Part shown: piece by piece, positions 29,647 through 38,816 of the stretch | How positions within the stretch are numbered: position 1 is the stretch's first letter | How the letters are laid out: every line of letters starts with the position of its first letter | Source of the DNA: SAR202 cluster bacterium | GTDB lineage: Bacteria > Chloroflexota > Dehalococcoidia > Lucifugimonadales > VGZR01 | Assembly (NCBI GenBank): GCA_016872515.1 | Contig: VGZR01000002.1 | Coordinates: 1,136 to 65,135, forward strand | Length of the DNA: 64,000 bases | Direction: 5' to 3' | Notes under the pieces: model-generated | The model's input: the letters and a program-made list of their open reading frames with translations, nothing else | The model's database searches: none | Told to the model about the DNA's origin: nothing | Translations under genes and position numbers: made by a program

Positions 29647-29768
29647 GTTGCCTAATATCCTCCAGCCCTTGGTTCCGATATTGTACAGACTAGGCTCGAC
29701 CAGAAGAGTCTATCAAGTCCAACCTACTGATTCGACACCGTCCAAGGAAGTATCTATTTGCAGGAAAA

Positions 29769-31352
29769 CTAAGGCACAGCCTGGCCTGCCAGGATGCCGG
29801 TGCAGCGGTCGTTGTCCACGGCGACCTGGCCGTTGACCATGACGTGGGGGATGCCCGACGGGTGGCGCCGCGGGTCGTCGTATGTGGCGTTGTCTATGAC
29901 GCGATCCGCGTCGAAGATGGCGAGGTCGGCGTAATAGCCCTTGGCGATGCGGCCGCGCTTGGTGATGCCGAATCGGCGGGCGGGCCTGTCGGTCATGCGG
30001 CGGACCATCGCTTCCAGGCTGAGAGTGCCGAACTGGCGGCGCAGACGGCCGAGGAAGCGTGGGAAGGCCCCGTAAGAGCGGGGATGGCACATGGCGCCCG
30101 CCGGGGTGATGTCGCTGCAGACGTTGTAGTCGGGTCGGGCGAGCAGTTCCATGCTGTCGCGGCTCACTTGCCTCCACAGGGCGACGCTGGCGGGCGGCTT
30201 CCCCATGTAGCCGACCTTGAGGTCGTTCTCCAGCAATAGCTCACAGAAGGCCTCGACCAGCCTCTTGCCGCGCTGGGCGGCTATAGAGGGCAGGTCAGCC
30301 CCCTCGAGATGCGGCATGTTGGGCAGGCAGCAGAAGACGCAGTCGTTCAAGGACACGACCAGGGCTTCGGCTTCCAACTCAGCTTCCATGCGCTTCCGAT
30401 GCACAGGATTGCGGAGGCGTTGGAGGATGGCGTGCGGGCCGCCTTCCTGTGCCCACGGGGGCAGTAGGCTGACAGGGATGGACGCACCGGTGGGGTAGGG
30501 GTAGATGTCGAGGCTGATGTCGGCCCCCTGTGCCTTGGCCTTGTCTATGGGAGCGACGCGATGCTCGACCTGGCCTGCGGTGTCGGGCGCGGTGCGGTGA
30601 TGGGCGAAGTGGAGTTTGACGCCTGTGCGGCGTGCGACCTCCAGCGCCTCGGCGACGCCGTCGCGACGGAAGATGCGGGCGGCATCCGCGCGGCGCGGCT
30701 CGGCCATATAGACCTTGCCCGCCTCTTTGACGACCTTGGCTAGTTCGGCTATCTCCTGGGTCGTGCCCCAAGGGCCAGGGTAGTAGGAGCCGCCGGTGGA
30801 GAGACCAACGGCGCCCTGTTCGAGACCCTCGCGAACGAGCCGCTGCGCCTTCTTGAGAGCATCGCCGGTGAGTGGCAGATCGTGGAAGCCCAGGACCTCG
30901 AGGCGGACGGTGGCATGTGGTACGAGGTAGGCGGTATTGACGGAGCACTTCTTGTGGTAATTGGCGCGAAACGCGGCGACGCTGCTCATGTCCAGGTCTT
31001 CGGACGGGTTGCCGAGCAGGCCGCCGAGCCAGTGGCGGTAGAGGCGGTAGTTCATGGGCGACAAGGGCGCGTAGGACATGCCGTCAATGCCCAGGAACTC
31101 GGTGGTGATGCCCTGGCGGAGGCCGCAGGCATGCTGCGGATCGGTGAGAAGGTCGCCTTCGGAGTGGGTATGCGTGTCAATGAAACCAGGGGCGACAACG
31201 AGGCCGCGGGCGTCAACAACCCGGCGGGCGACGGCACCTCGAAGGTCACCGATAGCGGCTATCCTCTCCCCGGCGGTACCGACATCGGCGGCATATCCTG
31301 GCTTGCCTGTACCATCCACCACCATCCCCCCGGAGACCACAATGTCGAACAT
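29769..31352 (-). CDS. D-aminoacylase-family amidohydrolase, copy 2 (divergent)
   Basis: MFDIVVSGGMVVDGTGKPGY...APGFIDTHTHS and GITTEFLGIDGMSYAP. Same family as copies 1 and 3 but clearly more distant. Confidence 0.8.
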   Translation of the reverse strand: MFDIVVSGGMVVDGTGKPGYAADVGTAGERIAAIGDLRGAVARRVVDARGLVVAPGFIDTHTHSEGDLLTDPQHACGLRQGITTEFLGIDGMSYAPLSPMNYRLYRHWLGGLLGNPSEDLDMSSVAAFRANYHKKCSVNTAYLVPHATVRLEVLGFHDLPLTGDALKKAQRLVREGLEQGAVGLSTGGSYYPGPWGTTQEIAELAKVVKEAGKVYMAEPRRADAARIFRRDGVAEALEVARRTGVKLHFAHHRTAPDTAGQVEHRVAPIDKAKAQGADISLDIYPYPTGASIPVSLLPPWAQEGGPHAILQRLRNPVHRKRMEAELEAEALVVSLNDCVFCCLPNMPHLEGADLPSIAAQRGKRLVEAFCELLLENDLKVGYMGKPPASVALWRQVSRDSMELLARPDYNVCSDITPAGAMCHPRSYGAFPRFLGRLRRQFGTLSLEAMVRRMTDRPARRFGITKRGRIAKGYYADLAIFDADRVIDNATYDDPRRHPSGIPHVMVNGQVAVDNDRCTGILAGQAVP

Positions 31353-31376
31353 TCGCCCTCCTTACCTCACGGTGAG

Positions 31377-32024
31377 TTAGCCACCAACTCCTGGCAATCT
31401 GCGCAGGTCCACATCCTTGCCCGCAGCGATGAGGACGTCGGTCTCTCTGATCTGCTCATTGTCACTTGGCTGAAGGATAATCTTCCCTTCGCGCTGGATG
31501 GCAAGGATGGTCACCTTACGCTCTTGGTACAGCTTCTGGAGGCTAACCCGTTTTAGGACCTCCGCTGCCTGTATCTTCGCAACCCCAAAGTCACCGCTAA
31601 TGTCCAGGTAGTCTAAGATCCGCGTGCCCAAGGTATGGACGAGTTGTTCAGCGCTCTCCTTGACGGGCTCGACCACTGCTTCGATGCCGATGGCACGAAG
31701 TAGTTCCGTGTGCAGCTCGCTCTCCGACTTGGCGATGATGCGCTTGATACCCAGTTTGCGGAAGACGAGTGCGGTCAGGATATTGGACTCCACGTTAGTG
31801 CTGAAGGCGACGATGCCGATGTTGGCGCCCTTAGTGGGCAGTTCGCCCCACAACGCGAAGCTGGTAGCCTCGCCGCGCATCGCCATGCTAACGACGTCGG
31901 CAAACTCCTTGACGACCTCCGGATTCCGATCTACCGCCAGAACATCGAAGCCGGCCTTGGTGAGACCACGAGCGACGGTGGAGCCGAACCTGCCCAAGCC
32001 AGCGAGTACGATCTGTTCAGCCAT
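31377..32024 (-). CDS. trkA: TrkA/KtrA-type K+ uptake regulatory subunit (RCK N + C domains)
   Basis: Rossmann motif VLAGLGRFGSTVARGL and a C-terminal TrkA-C segment ...VTILAIQREGKIILQPSDNEQIRETDVLIAAG. Confidence 0.85.
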   Translation of the reverse strand: MAEQIVLAGLGRFGSTVARGLTKAGFDVLAVDRNPEVVKEFADVVSMAMRGEATSFALWGELPTKGANIGIVAFSTNVESNILTALVFRKLGIKRIIAKSESELHTELLRAIGIEAVVEPVKESAEQLVHTLGTRILDYLDISGDFGVAKIQAAEVLKRVSLQKLYQERKVTILAIQREGKIILQPSDNEQIRETDVLIAAGKDVDLRRLPGVGG

Positions 32025-32085
32025 GTAAGGCCTCCTTCACAGTTACTGCCTTGCGTACACCGTAAATTACAAGGTCTACCCACCT

Positions 32086-33531
32086 CTAGCCGATGGCTAC
32101 GTTCGCTTCGGGCGCTTCGTACATGCGCTCCCTGGCCCGCTGGGCCAACATGTAGGCCAGGGTAAGCGGTCCTAGGCGTCCTACGAACATGAGCACGATG
32201 ACGGTGAACTTGCCCGCCAAGGACAGGTCTGCCGTGATGCCGAGGCTCAACCCGACGTTGCTCAGAGCCGACACTACCTCGAAGAGCACTTGGCGGAACT
32301 GAAAGGGCTCGGTGATGATGAGGATGAAGGTTGCCACGAAAATCACCAGAGCAAACAGGGCCGCGACGGAGAGAGCGCGGTACACGGTCCTGTGTCCGAT
32401 ACGTCGTCCAAAGATGGAGATGTGCTCGAACCCCCGGACCGCGACGATCGTCGCCAGCACCAGGACAACGAACGTAGTGACCTTGATGCCCCCCGCGGTG
32501 GAGCCGGTGGCACCGCCGATGTACATCAAGGCGATCTTCGCGAACTGTGTCTCTTCGTTACTCTCTGCCATCGAGATCGAGGCGAAGCCGGCAGTCCTGG
32601 TATCGGCCGAGTGAAAAAAGGCGTTGGCCGCTTTGTTCTGAATGGTCATCCCGCCCAAGGTAGCGGGGTTGTTGTACTCAAAGATGAAAACGGATACAAA
32701 ACCGAACAAGAGTAACGCGAAGGACGTGAGCAGCACCAACCGGGTGCTCAGCGTCAAGACGCGCCACCGCCGTTTGCTGATCACGTCGAGCAAGAGCAGC
32801 ATGCCAAAGCCGCCGAAGATGATGAGCACAGCAGTGACCATCAGGAAGGCTGGGTCAAAGGCGAAGGTGGTCAGGCTGTCGCCCTCCCGGAAGATCTCAA
32901 AGCCAGCATTGTTGAAGGAGGAGACGGAGTGGAAGGCAGCCTGCCAGATGGGTTGGGCAAGGTCATAACGCTCGTGGAGCCGGTACCAGAAAAAGGCTCC
33001 GCCAGCCAGCTCAAGCAGGACGGTGGCGATGATGATGACGATCACCAGCCCTCCCACGCTACGGATGGGGACAATGCCTGCCATTTCCCTGACGAGGAAG
33101 CGGTCGCGCAGTGAGATGGGACGGCCCAAGAGGATGAGGATGAGCATAGAGGAGGTCATCACACCGATACCGCCGGCCTGGATAAGCCCCAGGATCACGG
33201 CATGGCCAAAGGTGCTCCAATACTCGCTGGTATCGGTCACCTCAAGGCCGGTCACGCAAACGGCGGAGACTGAGGTGAAAAGGGAGGTGAGAAGGCTCCA
33301 CTCGGTACCGGGCTCCCTTGCAACGGGCAACGACAGCAAGACCGTCCCGATGACGATGATGATGAGGAAGCCGATGACAACGCCGCCAACACCGAGGGCC
33401 TTCGGCGGCTTGGCGACGGACCGCCCAAGCTGGACGACCTTGACCAGCGGCCGGTGGACCGGTGCCGTCCGGGCCACGAGGCCTTGACCGCGGGAGCGTT
33501 CGGTTTTCTCAGGAGTTGGGGGTCCGTTCAC
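32086..33531 (-). CDS. trkH: TrkH/KtrB-family K+ transporter membrane subunit
   Basis: 481 aa polytopic protein with repeated pore-loop-like segments (SAVCVTGL, NNAGFE, RTAGFAS, LSNVGLSLG). It lies immediately upstream of trkA. Confidence 0.85.
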   Translation of the reverse strand: MNGPPTPEKTERSRGQGLVARTAPVHRPLVKVVQLGRSVAKPPKALGVGGVVIGFLIIIVIGTVLLSLPVAREPGTEWSLLTSLFTSVSAVCVTGLEVTDTSEYWSTFGHAVILGLIQAGGIGVMTSSMLILILLGRPISLRDRFLVREMAGIVPIRSVGGLVIVIIIATVLLELAGGAFFWYRLHERYDLAQPIWQAAFHSVSSFNNAGFEIFREGDSLTTFAFDPAFLMVTAVLIIFGGFGMLLLLDVISKRRWRVLTLSTRLVLLTSFALLLFGFVSVFIFEYNNPATLGGMTIQNKAANAFFHSADTRTAGFASISMAESNEETQFAKIALMYIGGATGSTAGGIKVTTFVVLVLATIVAVRGFEHISIFGRRIGHRTVYRALSVAALFALVIFVATFILIITEPFQFRQVLFEVVSALSNVGLSLGITADLSLAGKFTVIVLMFVGRLGPLTLAYMLAQRARERMYEAPEANVAIG

Positions 33532-33783
33532 TACTTTCCGGCCGTGAGTATTAGTCCACCACCACGTCGCGGAGGCAGTCTGGTAGGACTGGCTGTGATT
33601 CTACGCTCCCAGTCCCAGAAGCACTAGAGTCAGGATTTGATCTGGGACGTCACGTTGGAAGATGCTTTTGCAGCGGGAAGTGGCGAAGAAAAGGTCTATA
33701 ATAGGGAGGCTTTGCGCGGCGCTCTGGTTGGCTGGGAGCGTCAATCCCATGCGAGGCATGCGTTCTTCGCTCGGGGAGGGCGG

Positions 33784-35496
33784 TTGAAGGACGGGGTCAA
33801 GAACGCTCGGACATCTGCCCCATCCGCGGCTCAGGCCGCCGCATGGGACGGTTACGCACCCCTGCCAAAGCGGCAAGTCCTGCTCACCATGGCGGGGGTG
33901 ATGCTGGCGATTTTCCTGGCCGCCCTCGACCAGACCATCGTCGGCACGGCCATGCCCCGCATCATCGCCGACCTTGGCGAGTTCGACAAGTTCACCTGGG
34001 TCACGACCGCCTACCTGGTGACCTCCACCGCAGTGGTCCCCATCGTCGGCAAGCTCACAGACATGTATGGCCGCAAGGCCTTCTTCGTCGGCGGCATCGT
34101 CGTCTTCGTGGCTGGCTCCGTCCTATCCGGTGTCAGTCAGAGTATGAACCAACTCATCGCCTTTCGTGCCCTCCAGGGCATCGGCGGAGGGGTGCTCTTC
34201 GCCAACGCGTTCATCTCCATCGGCGACCTGTTCCCGCCCGCCGAGCGCGGGAAGTACATGGGGTTCATCTCGGCGACCTTCGGCGTCTCCTCCATCGTGG
34301 GCCCGGTTTTGGGCGGCGTCATCACCGACTCCCTCTCGTGGCACTGGGTGTTCTTCATCAACGTGCCCGTCGCGGTCCCCATCATCCTGCTCTTCATCCG
34401 CTTCTTCCCGAACATCCGCCCAGAGCAGAGGAAGCACCGGATAGACTACCTTGGCATCGTCCTTCTCCTCGTCGCAGTAACCTGCCTTGTCCTTGGCCTG
34501 TCATGGGGAGGCTCGCCCTACGCGTGGTCGTCGCCGCAGGTGGTTGCCATGCTTACCATCGCGGCGGTGGCAACCGTGCTGTTCATCGCGGTGGAACTGA
34601 AGGCGCCCGAGGCTATCATGCCGCTCGCTATCTACCGCAACCCCATCGTGGCCATCGCGATGGTGGCCGTCTTCTTCGCGGGGTTCGGCATGTTCGCGGG
34701 AGCCGTGTTCGTCCCCCTATACTTCCAGGGAGTCTTGGGCGAGTCGGCAGCAGGCACGGGAGGGATCCTCACCCCGATGATGCTGGGCACGGTTGTCGGC
34801 GCGACCTCCTCCGGCCAAGCGATGGCGCGGCTGGGCGGGCGCTACCGCGTCATCGGCCTGACCGGCCTCGCCCTCATGGGGTTTGGCATCTACCTCACCT
34901 CGCAGATGGGGTCAGATACCAGTCACGCGAGGTCCATCGCCTACATCGTCCTCATGGGGTTCGGGCTAGGGATCACACTGCCGACCTACGCTCTGGCGGT
35001 CCAGAATGCGGTGCCTTACAACATGCTGGGTGTCGCGACCTCGGCGGTGCAGTTCATCCGCTCCATCGCCGCCACCATCGGCCTGGCAGTGCTCGGCTCG
35101 GTCATGGCCAGCCGATTCGCCGCCGGTATCGCGGACAACCTTACACCCGAAGTGCGCGGCGCAGTACCGGCCGACCTCCTTGCCGAGTTGGGTAACAACC
35201 CGCGGGTGTTGGTTGACCCGGAGGCGATGACGACCCTCCAGACGACCCTGGGAGGCGATGACGGCGGCCTGGCCCAGAACGTTGTAGCAGGATTGCGGGA
35301 GTCGCTCTCAAGCGCCTTGACCGACGTATTCCTTGTAGCTCTAGGTATAGTTGCCGCCGCCTTCCTGGCAACGGTGTTCCTCAAGGAGATTCCATTGAAG
35401 CGGGGGCCTTCCCGCTCAGGGAAGCCAGGCACTGCATCCGCCGATGGCCCGCAGCCGCAGACCACTCCAGACGTGGCCGGACAGTCCACCCACTGA
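33784..35496 (+). CDS. MFS transporter, DHA2/EmrB-like (14-TMS type)
   Basis: MAGVMLAIFLAALDQTIVGTAMPRI, GKLTDMYGRKAFF and ALQGIGGG motifs. The start is uncertain. The raw ORF opens at 33637, and I favour TTG 33784 behind GGGGAGGG. There is no ATG until TM1. Confidence 0.75.
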   Translation: MKDGVKNARTSAPSAAQAAAWDGYAPLPKRQVLLTMAGVMLAIFLAALDQTIVGTAMPRIIADLGEFDKFTWVTTAYLVTSTAVVPIVGKLTDMYGRKAFFVGGIVVFVAGSVLSGVSQSMNQLIAFRALQGIGGGVLFANAFISIGDLFPPAERGKYMGFISATFGVSSIVGPVLGGVITDSLSWHWVFFINVPVAVPIILLFIRFFPNIRPEQRKHRIDYLGIVLLLVAVTCLVLGLSWGGSPYAWSSPQVVAMLTIAAVATVLFIAVELKAPEAIMPLAIYRNPIVAIAMVAVFFAGFGMFAGAVFVPLYFQGVLGESAAGTGGILTPMMLGTVVGATSSGQAMARLGGRYRVIGLTGLALMGFGIYLTSQMGSDTSHARSIAYIVLMGFGLGITLPTYALAVQNAVPYNMLGVATSAVQFIRSIAATIGLAVLGSVMASRFAAGIADNLTPEVRGAVPADLLAELGNNPRVLVDPEAMTTLQTTLGGDDGGLAQNVVAGLRESLSSALTDVFLVALGIVAAAFLATVFLKEIPLKRGPSRSGKPGTASADGPQPQTTPDVAGQSTH

Positions 35497-35511
35497 TACA
35501 ATGGGCCACGT

Positions 35512-35587
35512 CGGGGTGTGGCCCAGTTGGCAGGGCGCCACGTTCGGGACGTGGAGGTCGACAGTTCAAGTCTGTCCACCCCGACCA
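35512..35587 (+). tRNA. tRNA-Pro (anticodon CGG), CCA encoded
   Basis: Hand-folded: acceptor CGGGGTG/CACCCCG, D arm GCCC-AGTTGGCA-GGGC, anticodon arm CCACG-TTCGGGA-CGTGG, T arm GACAG-TTCAAGT-CTGTC, then A-CCA. Confidence 0.9.
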
Positions 35588-35635
35588 GCAAAACTCTCCT
35601 CACCCGCTTCTTGCTCTTCCGAGAGGAGCCTTCCT

Positions 35636-36471
35636 GTGACCGCCGACCGAACCCGCATCGGCAACGTTGAACTGATGTCGCTTTGCGATTCGTTCCTGGA
35701 GTTCCCCGCCGACCGCCTCTTCCCGAACGTTCCGGCCGCAGCCTGGGAGCCTTATAAAGAGTTCTTGGCCCCGGGTCACACCGTAAGGATGCAGGTAGCC
35801 TGCTTCGTCATCCGTTCGAAAGGCGAGACGATCTTAGTGGACACCGGAATCGGGCTGGGCCGGTCGAGGCCTTCGGCGGCATCCGCGGGCGGCTTCCCGA
35901 GGAGCTGAAGACCCGCGGTGTGCGCCCTGACGACGTCTCCCAGGTCGTTGTGTCCCACCTCCACAGCGACCACGTGGGGTGGAACCTGAAGAAGGAAAAG
36001 TTGGGCTGGCGTCCGTTCTTTCCGAAGGCACGGTACTCTGTGGCCCGGCTGGACTGGGAACACTTCCACAAAACAGCGGCGGAGCCGAACAGGGCCTATC
36101 TCAAAGAGACGACCACTCCGTTGCTGGAACTTGGCATCGTGGACCTGCTCGAAGGGGAAAAGGCGTTGACACCGGAGGTCACGGCCATACCAGCGCCAGG
36201 CCACACGCCGGGGCACATGGCCCTGGCAGTGGTGTCAGGCAGGGAGCGCGGCCTGGTGCTCGCGGACGCGCTACACGTCCCGCCGCAGGTCGAGCACAAT
36301 GACTGGCAGGAGTTGGGAGACGTTGACCCCGCGCTGGCCGTGCGCACGAGGCGGAAGCTCCTCGAGCAGGCGGAGCGCGAGAAGGCCCTCGTCGCAGTGT
36401 CCCACTTCACCCCCGATAACCTCGGCCACGTGAAGAACACGGGTGGCCGTATGACGTGGCAACCACTATGA
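35636..36471 (+). pseudogene. MBL-fold metallo-hydrolase, reading frame broken by a 1-nt deficit near 35855-35862
   Basis: GTG 35636 follows GAGAGGAGCC. ...ETILVDTGIGLG is in one frame, and the continuation (G)PVEAFGGIRGRLPEELKTRGVRPDDVSQVVVSHLHSDHVGW...PGHTPGH is in the -1 frame (ORF 35920..36471). CTGGGCCGGTC would need one more C (GGCCCGG) to restore a single ORF. Confidence 0.7.
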
Positions 36472-37235
36472 CCGGCAAGACCGTCCAGGCCATCAATACC
36501 GCGCCGGTGAAGTCCTTGGGCTTGTCCCATCCGCAGAGCGTCCACGTGGGCCCAGCAGGCATCCTCGAAGACCGGCGGTTCTGCGTGGTTGACGAGCACG
36601 GCAAGATGGTGACGCAGCGCGAGATAGGCATGCTGGTGCAGGTACGCACCGAGTACCGGCCCGACCCAGAGCGGCTGGCGCTGCGGTTCCCCGACGGTGC
36701 TGTGGCGGAGGGCACACCGGAGCCTGGCGAGACGGTGGCCACCCGCGTGTGGGGGAGGGACGTCGCTGGCCGCGTCGTGGTTGGAAATTGGGCTGAGGCG
36801 CTGTCGGAGTTCTGTGGGAAGCCCCTGCGGCTGGTTCGTGCCGAAGAACTCGGCGGATATCTGGACGAGTTCCCCGTCTCCCTGCTCTCCCAGGCGTCCG
36901 TGGAGGAGTTGGGCAGGCAGCCATGGGGAAAGATCGCGTCCGATGGGCGGCGGTTCCGGCCAACACTGCTGCTTACGGGCTGCCAACCCCACGAGGAGGA
37001 CTCGTGGCTGAACCGCAGGGTGCAGGTCGGCAAGGAACTGCGGCTGCGTGTGGTAGCGCGCGACCCGCGCTGCGCCATCACCACCCACGACCCGGACACC
37101 GGCGAGCGCGACGCAGACACCTTGCGCGTCATCCTAAGCTATAGACCCCACCCCAAAACAGCCTACTTCGGCGTCTATGCCATCGTGGAGCAGCCGGGGA
37201 CGGTGGCCGTCGGCGATTCTGTGACGACGTCCTAA
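36456..37235 (+). CDS. MOSC domain protein (YcbX-like, MOSC_N beta-barrel + MOSC)
   Basis: VQAINTAPVKSLGLSHPQSVHVGPAGILEDRRFCVVDE...MVTQRE, and the C-terminal CAITTHDPDTGERD segment with the conserved Cys. Confidence 0.75.
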   Translation: MATTMTGKTVQAINTAPVKSLGLSHPQSVHVGPAGILEDRRFCVVDEHGKMVTQREIGMLVQVRTEYRPDPERLALRFPDGAVAEGTPEPGETVATRVWGRDVAGRVVVGNWAEALSEFCGKPLRLVRAEELGGYLDEFPVSLLSQASVEELGRQPWGKIASDGRRFRPTLLLTGCQPHEEDSWLNRRVQVGKELRLRVVARDPRCAITTHDPDTGERDADTLRVILSYRPHPKTAYFGVYAIVEQPGTVAVGDSVTTS

Positions 37236-38800
37236 CGCCGCTTCAACGCCCGGCCTGGCAAAGCGCCGGTGTGTTTGCCGTGGTCCACGACCACCTGGCC
37301 GTTGACGATAACGTAGTCCACGCCCTGAGAGAAGCGCCTTGGGTTGTCGCGCGTGGCGAAGGCCTTGATGCTCTTATAGTCGAAGACGACGATGTCCGCC
37401 TTCATCCCGTCCCGCAATAGCCCTCGGTCCGGCAGGCCGAGCCGCTGCGCCGGGTACGACGTCATCTTGCGGATGGCCTCGGGGAGCGACATCTTGCGGT
37501 CGTCGCGCACGAGCTTGCCGATGATGAGCGGGAACGTCCCGTAGGCCATGGCCGGCGGGTAGTCGCCGATGAGCAGGGCGTCGCTGCCCACCATGAACAG
37601 CGGGTTGGCGATGAAGTCGGGCATCAGCATGGGGTCCTGCCCGCTGGCGTGGAACGAAATCTGCAGGTCTTCGTCCAGCAGCAGGTCGCAGATGGTGTCC
37701 ACTTCGCTCTTACCCATCATCTCGGCGACCTCGGCCACCGAGCGGCCCTCGTACTTCTTGTTCCGCTCGTGCTTGAAGTAGGTGAGCCAGACGTGGTCCC
37801 AGCTCTCCCGCAAGCCGAGCCTGACCTCCTTGCGCAGCCGCTCGCGCCCTTCCTTGGAGCGCAGCACCTTGATGATGTTGTCCACGCCGCCGTCGTGCGT
37901 CCATTGCGGCAGGAAATAGACGAGCCGCGTGCCGCCGTGGGGGTATGGGAAGCAGTCGAAGGTGACGTCCATACCCTCGGCACGGGCGTCCTCCACCATC
38001 TCGATCAGGGCCATGCTGCTGCCCGGATAGACCGCGCGGGGGAGCATGTGGGTGAGGTGGATGGGGATGCCGCTGCGCCTGCCAATCTCGATGGCCTCGC
38101 GGTAGGGGTCGAGGTAGCGGTCGCCCAGGCCGTAGCGGACGTGGGTATGGTAGAAGCCGCCAAGCCTGGCACCCTCTTTGGAAAGCTCCGCCAACTCAGC
38201 GGTGTCGGCGTAGCTTCCAGGCGGGTAGTCCAGGCCGGTGGAGACGCCCACCGCCCCCTCCTCCATGCTCTCGCGGAGCAGCGCCTTCTGGATGTCCATC
38301 TCCTTCTTCGTTGGCTTGCGGTCGCTCCAGCCCATAGCGCCGATGCGGATGGGGGAGTTGCCGACGATGTAGGCGACGTTGACCGACACCTTGCGGTCGT
38401 ACCGGGCCAGATAATCGGAAACCGTGGACCAGGACGCCTTGATAGGGGGACAGCCCTCCAGGCCCGCGTTGAGCTTGATGAAGTCGTCCAGGTCCTGCTT
38501 CTTGGCGAAGGGTGCGTAGGAGTTGCCGTCTATGCCGATGAGTTCGGTGGTGATGCCCTGGTGGACCTTCGGCAGGTGCTTGGGGTCGTGGAGGATCATC
38601 AGCGCGGAGTGGGCGTGGACGTCTATGAAGCCCGGCGCCACTATGCGGCCCGCCGCGTCCAGCACCCGCTTCGCCTGCACATCCGACACATCACCACGCA
38701 GGAGCGTGACAGTGTCCTCCTCGACAGCGACGGCGGCGTGGTAGCCTGGGCTGCCGCTGCCGTCCACCACCATCCCATTTTTTATGAGCAGGTCGAGCAT
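37232..38800 (-). CDS. D-aminoacylase-family amidohydrolase, copy 3 (close paralog of copy 1)
   Basis: MLDLLIKNGMVVDGSGSPGYHAAVA...PGFIDVHAHSALMILHDPKHLPKVHQGITTELIGIDGNSYAPFAK. Many blocks are identical to 15586..17166. Confidence 0.8.
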   Translation of the reverse strand: MLDLLIKNGMVVDGSGSPGYHAAVAVEEDTVTLLRGDVSDVQAKRVLDAAGRIVAPGFIDVHAHSALMILHDPKHLPKVHQGITTELIGIDGNSYAPFAKKQDLDDFIKLNAGLEGCPPIKASWSTVSDYLARYDRKVSVNVAYIVGNSPIRIGAMGWSDRKPTKKEMDIQKALLRESMEEGAVGVSTGLDYPPGSYADTAELAELSKEGARLGGFYHTHVRYGLGDRYLDPYREAIEIGRRSGIPIHLTHMLPRAVYPGSSMALIEMVEDARAEGMDVTFDCFPYPHGGTRLVYFLPQWTHDGGVDNIIKVLRSKEGRERLRKEVRLGLRESWDHVWLTYFKHERNKKYEGRSVAEVAEMMGKSEVDTICDLLLDEDLQISFHASGQDPMLMPDFIANPLFMVGSDALLIGDYPPAMAYGTFPLIIGKLVRDDRKMSLPEAIRKMTSYPAQRLGLPDRGLLRDGMKADIVVFDYKSIKAFATRDNPRRFSQGVDYVIVNGQVVVDHGKHTGALPGRALKRR

Positions 38801-38816
38801 CTTCGTCCTCCTGAGC

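Noticed and set aside
33532-33660. Possible c-di-AMP (ydaO/kimA-type) riboswitch upstream of trkH
   Set aside because: I read the minus-strand leader and did not find the paired ACGGGGA/CCGA-type conserved cores. An Infernal scan would be needed to exclude it formally.
33843-35195. 450-aa plus-strand ORF in an alternative frame of the MFS gene
   Set aside because: The translation is Arg/Pro/Gly-rich nonsense. The MFS frame shows 14 hydrophobic segments and family motifs.
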